Assembly (NCBI GenBank): GCA_965112735.1
Contig: OZ218951.1
Span: forward strand, 2,914,001 to 2,978,000
Length of the DNA stretch: 64,000 nucleotides
DNA from: Phaeosaccion multiseriatum
Lineage: Eukaryota; Protista; Ochrophyta, other classes
Direction of reading: 5' to 3'
The position numbers and the translations under genes are program-made. Within the stretch, counting starts at the first letter, position 1; every line of letters begins with the position of its first letter. Positions 63,294 to 64,000 of the stretch are shown here, one piece after another. The notes beneath the pieces are model-generated. The model saw nothing but the letters and a program-made list of their open reading frames with translations, made no database searches and was not told the origin of the DNA.

Positions 63294-64000
63294 CGGTGCA
63301 GCCGTGTAGGGCACGTGACAGCATATGGAGTCGAACGACATGGCATGGCAATATAGTGGCATGGCATGGAAGGGGCTTATTCCATGGATTCGAACTTTGG
63401 GTTCGATTTATGAAATCGTCGGCGTCGAGTATGAGTCGTACGTCGGGCGGTGCCCCGGTGGAGGAGGGCCGGGAGGGGGGAGGGGCATATGCGGGAATCC
63501 CATCTGTTGCCATTCGGCAGAAGGGGGAGGGAGGGAGGGAGGGAGGGAGGGGTGTGTTGTTTGGCTGTTGTCCGAAGGCACCGCTTCTTGACGAACTGTG
63601 GAGAGGCCATGGGGGGGTGGAAAGGGAGAAGGGAGGGGGGGCTGTTATGCTGCCTCAGGCCGGTCGGAAGGGGGGCATTTCGCCTTTCCTTGTGAGGCTT
63701 TTGGCGCGCCCCTCATACTTACACGCAAGTGTTTTTGTTTGTTTGTTTTTTATTTTGCCATCGGAGATCGAGATGTGCTGTCGGAGTGGTGGTGTCGTGT
63801 TGCTTCGCTTCTTCGGTCGTTTTGTCGAGACCGGAGAGAGACACATTGTGGGCCCCTCCCTCGCTTGTAAAAACACTTTTATAATAAAGAATGGGAAGGT
63901 AAAAATTTTCGGAAGGTCACCACCCCCCTCCACATTGCACTGTATTCTTTATTACGTTTGTAGTGCACCAGTCTCCTGTGTGCCTTTCTGTGTATGTGTG

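Overview
Eukaryotic nuclear DNA, GC-rich, intron-dense and saturated with microsatellites. Bipartite signal/plastid-type and LRGG N-termini suggest an ochrophyte stramenopile (inference). Most listed ORFs are microsatellite artefacts. Joining GT-AG exons by hand gives 11 protein-coding genes: (1) the 3' part of a Cys-rich GGxGC..CRFCG repeat protein (+); (2) a signal-peptide/LRGG histidine phosphatase (-); (3) a GP63-like HEIGH zinc metalloprotease with a P/T stalk and probable GPI signal (-); (4) a MGCxxS dual-acylated unknown protein (-); (5) a ~15 kb UBR1-type N-recognin E3 ligase (-); (6) FKBP12 (+), head-to-head with UBR1; (7) an ankyrin-RCC1 IBTK-like protein (+); (8) a LysM-TLDc OXR1-like protein (-); (9) an armadillo-repeat protein (+); (10) an intronless plastid-targeted mTERF-like protein with five super-repeats (-); (11) a mucin-like type I membrane protein (+). 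No rRNA, tRNA, CRISPR or transposase was recognised. The least explained signals are a ~250-nt nested fold-back just downstream of a candidate spliced 34-aa sORF (35985-36508), three phased 21-nt AG..GTGAGT exon-end copies in a TLDc intron, a 1554-nt intron that reads like decayed in-frame stalk coding sequence, and complementary microsatellites at opposite ends of several introns. Exon boundaries and pairings were worked out by eye and need RNA-seq and folding software to confirm.
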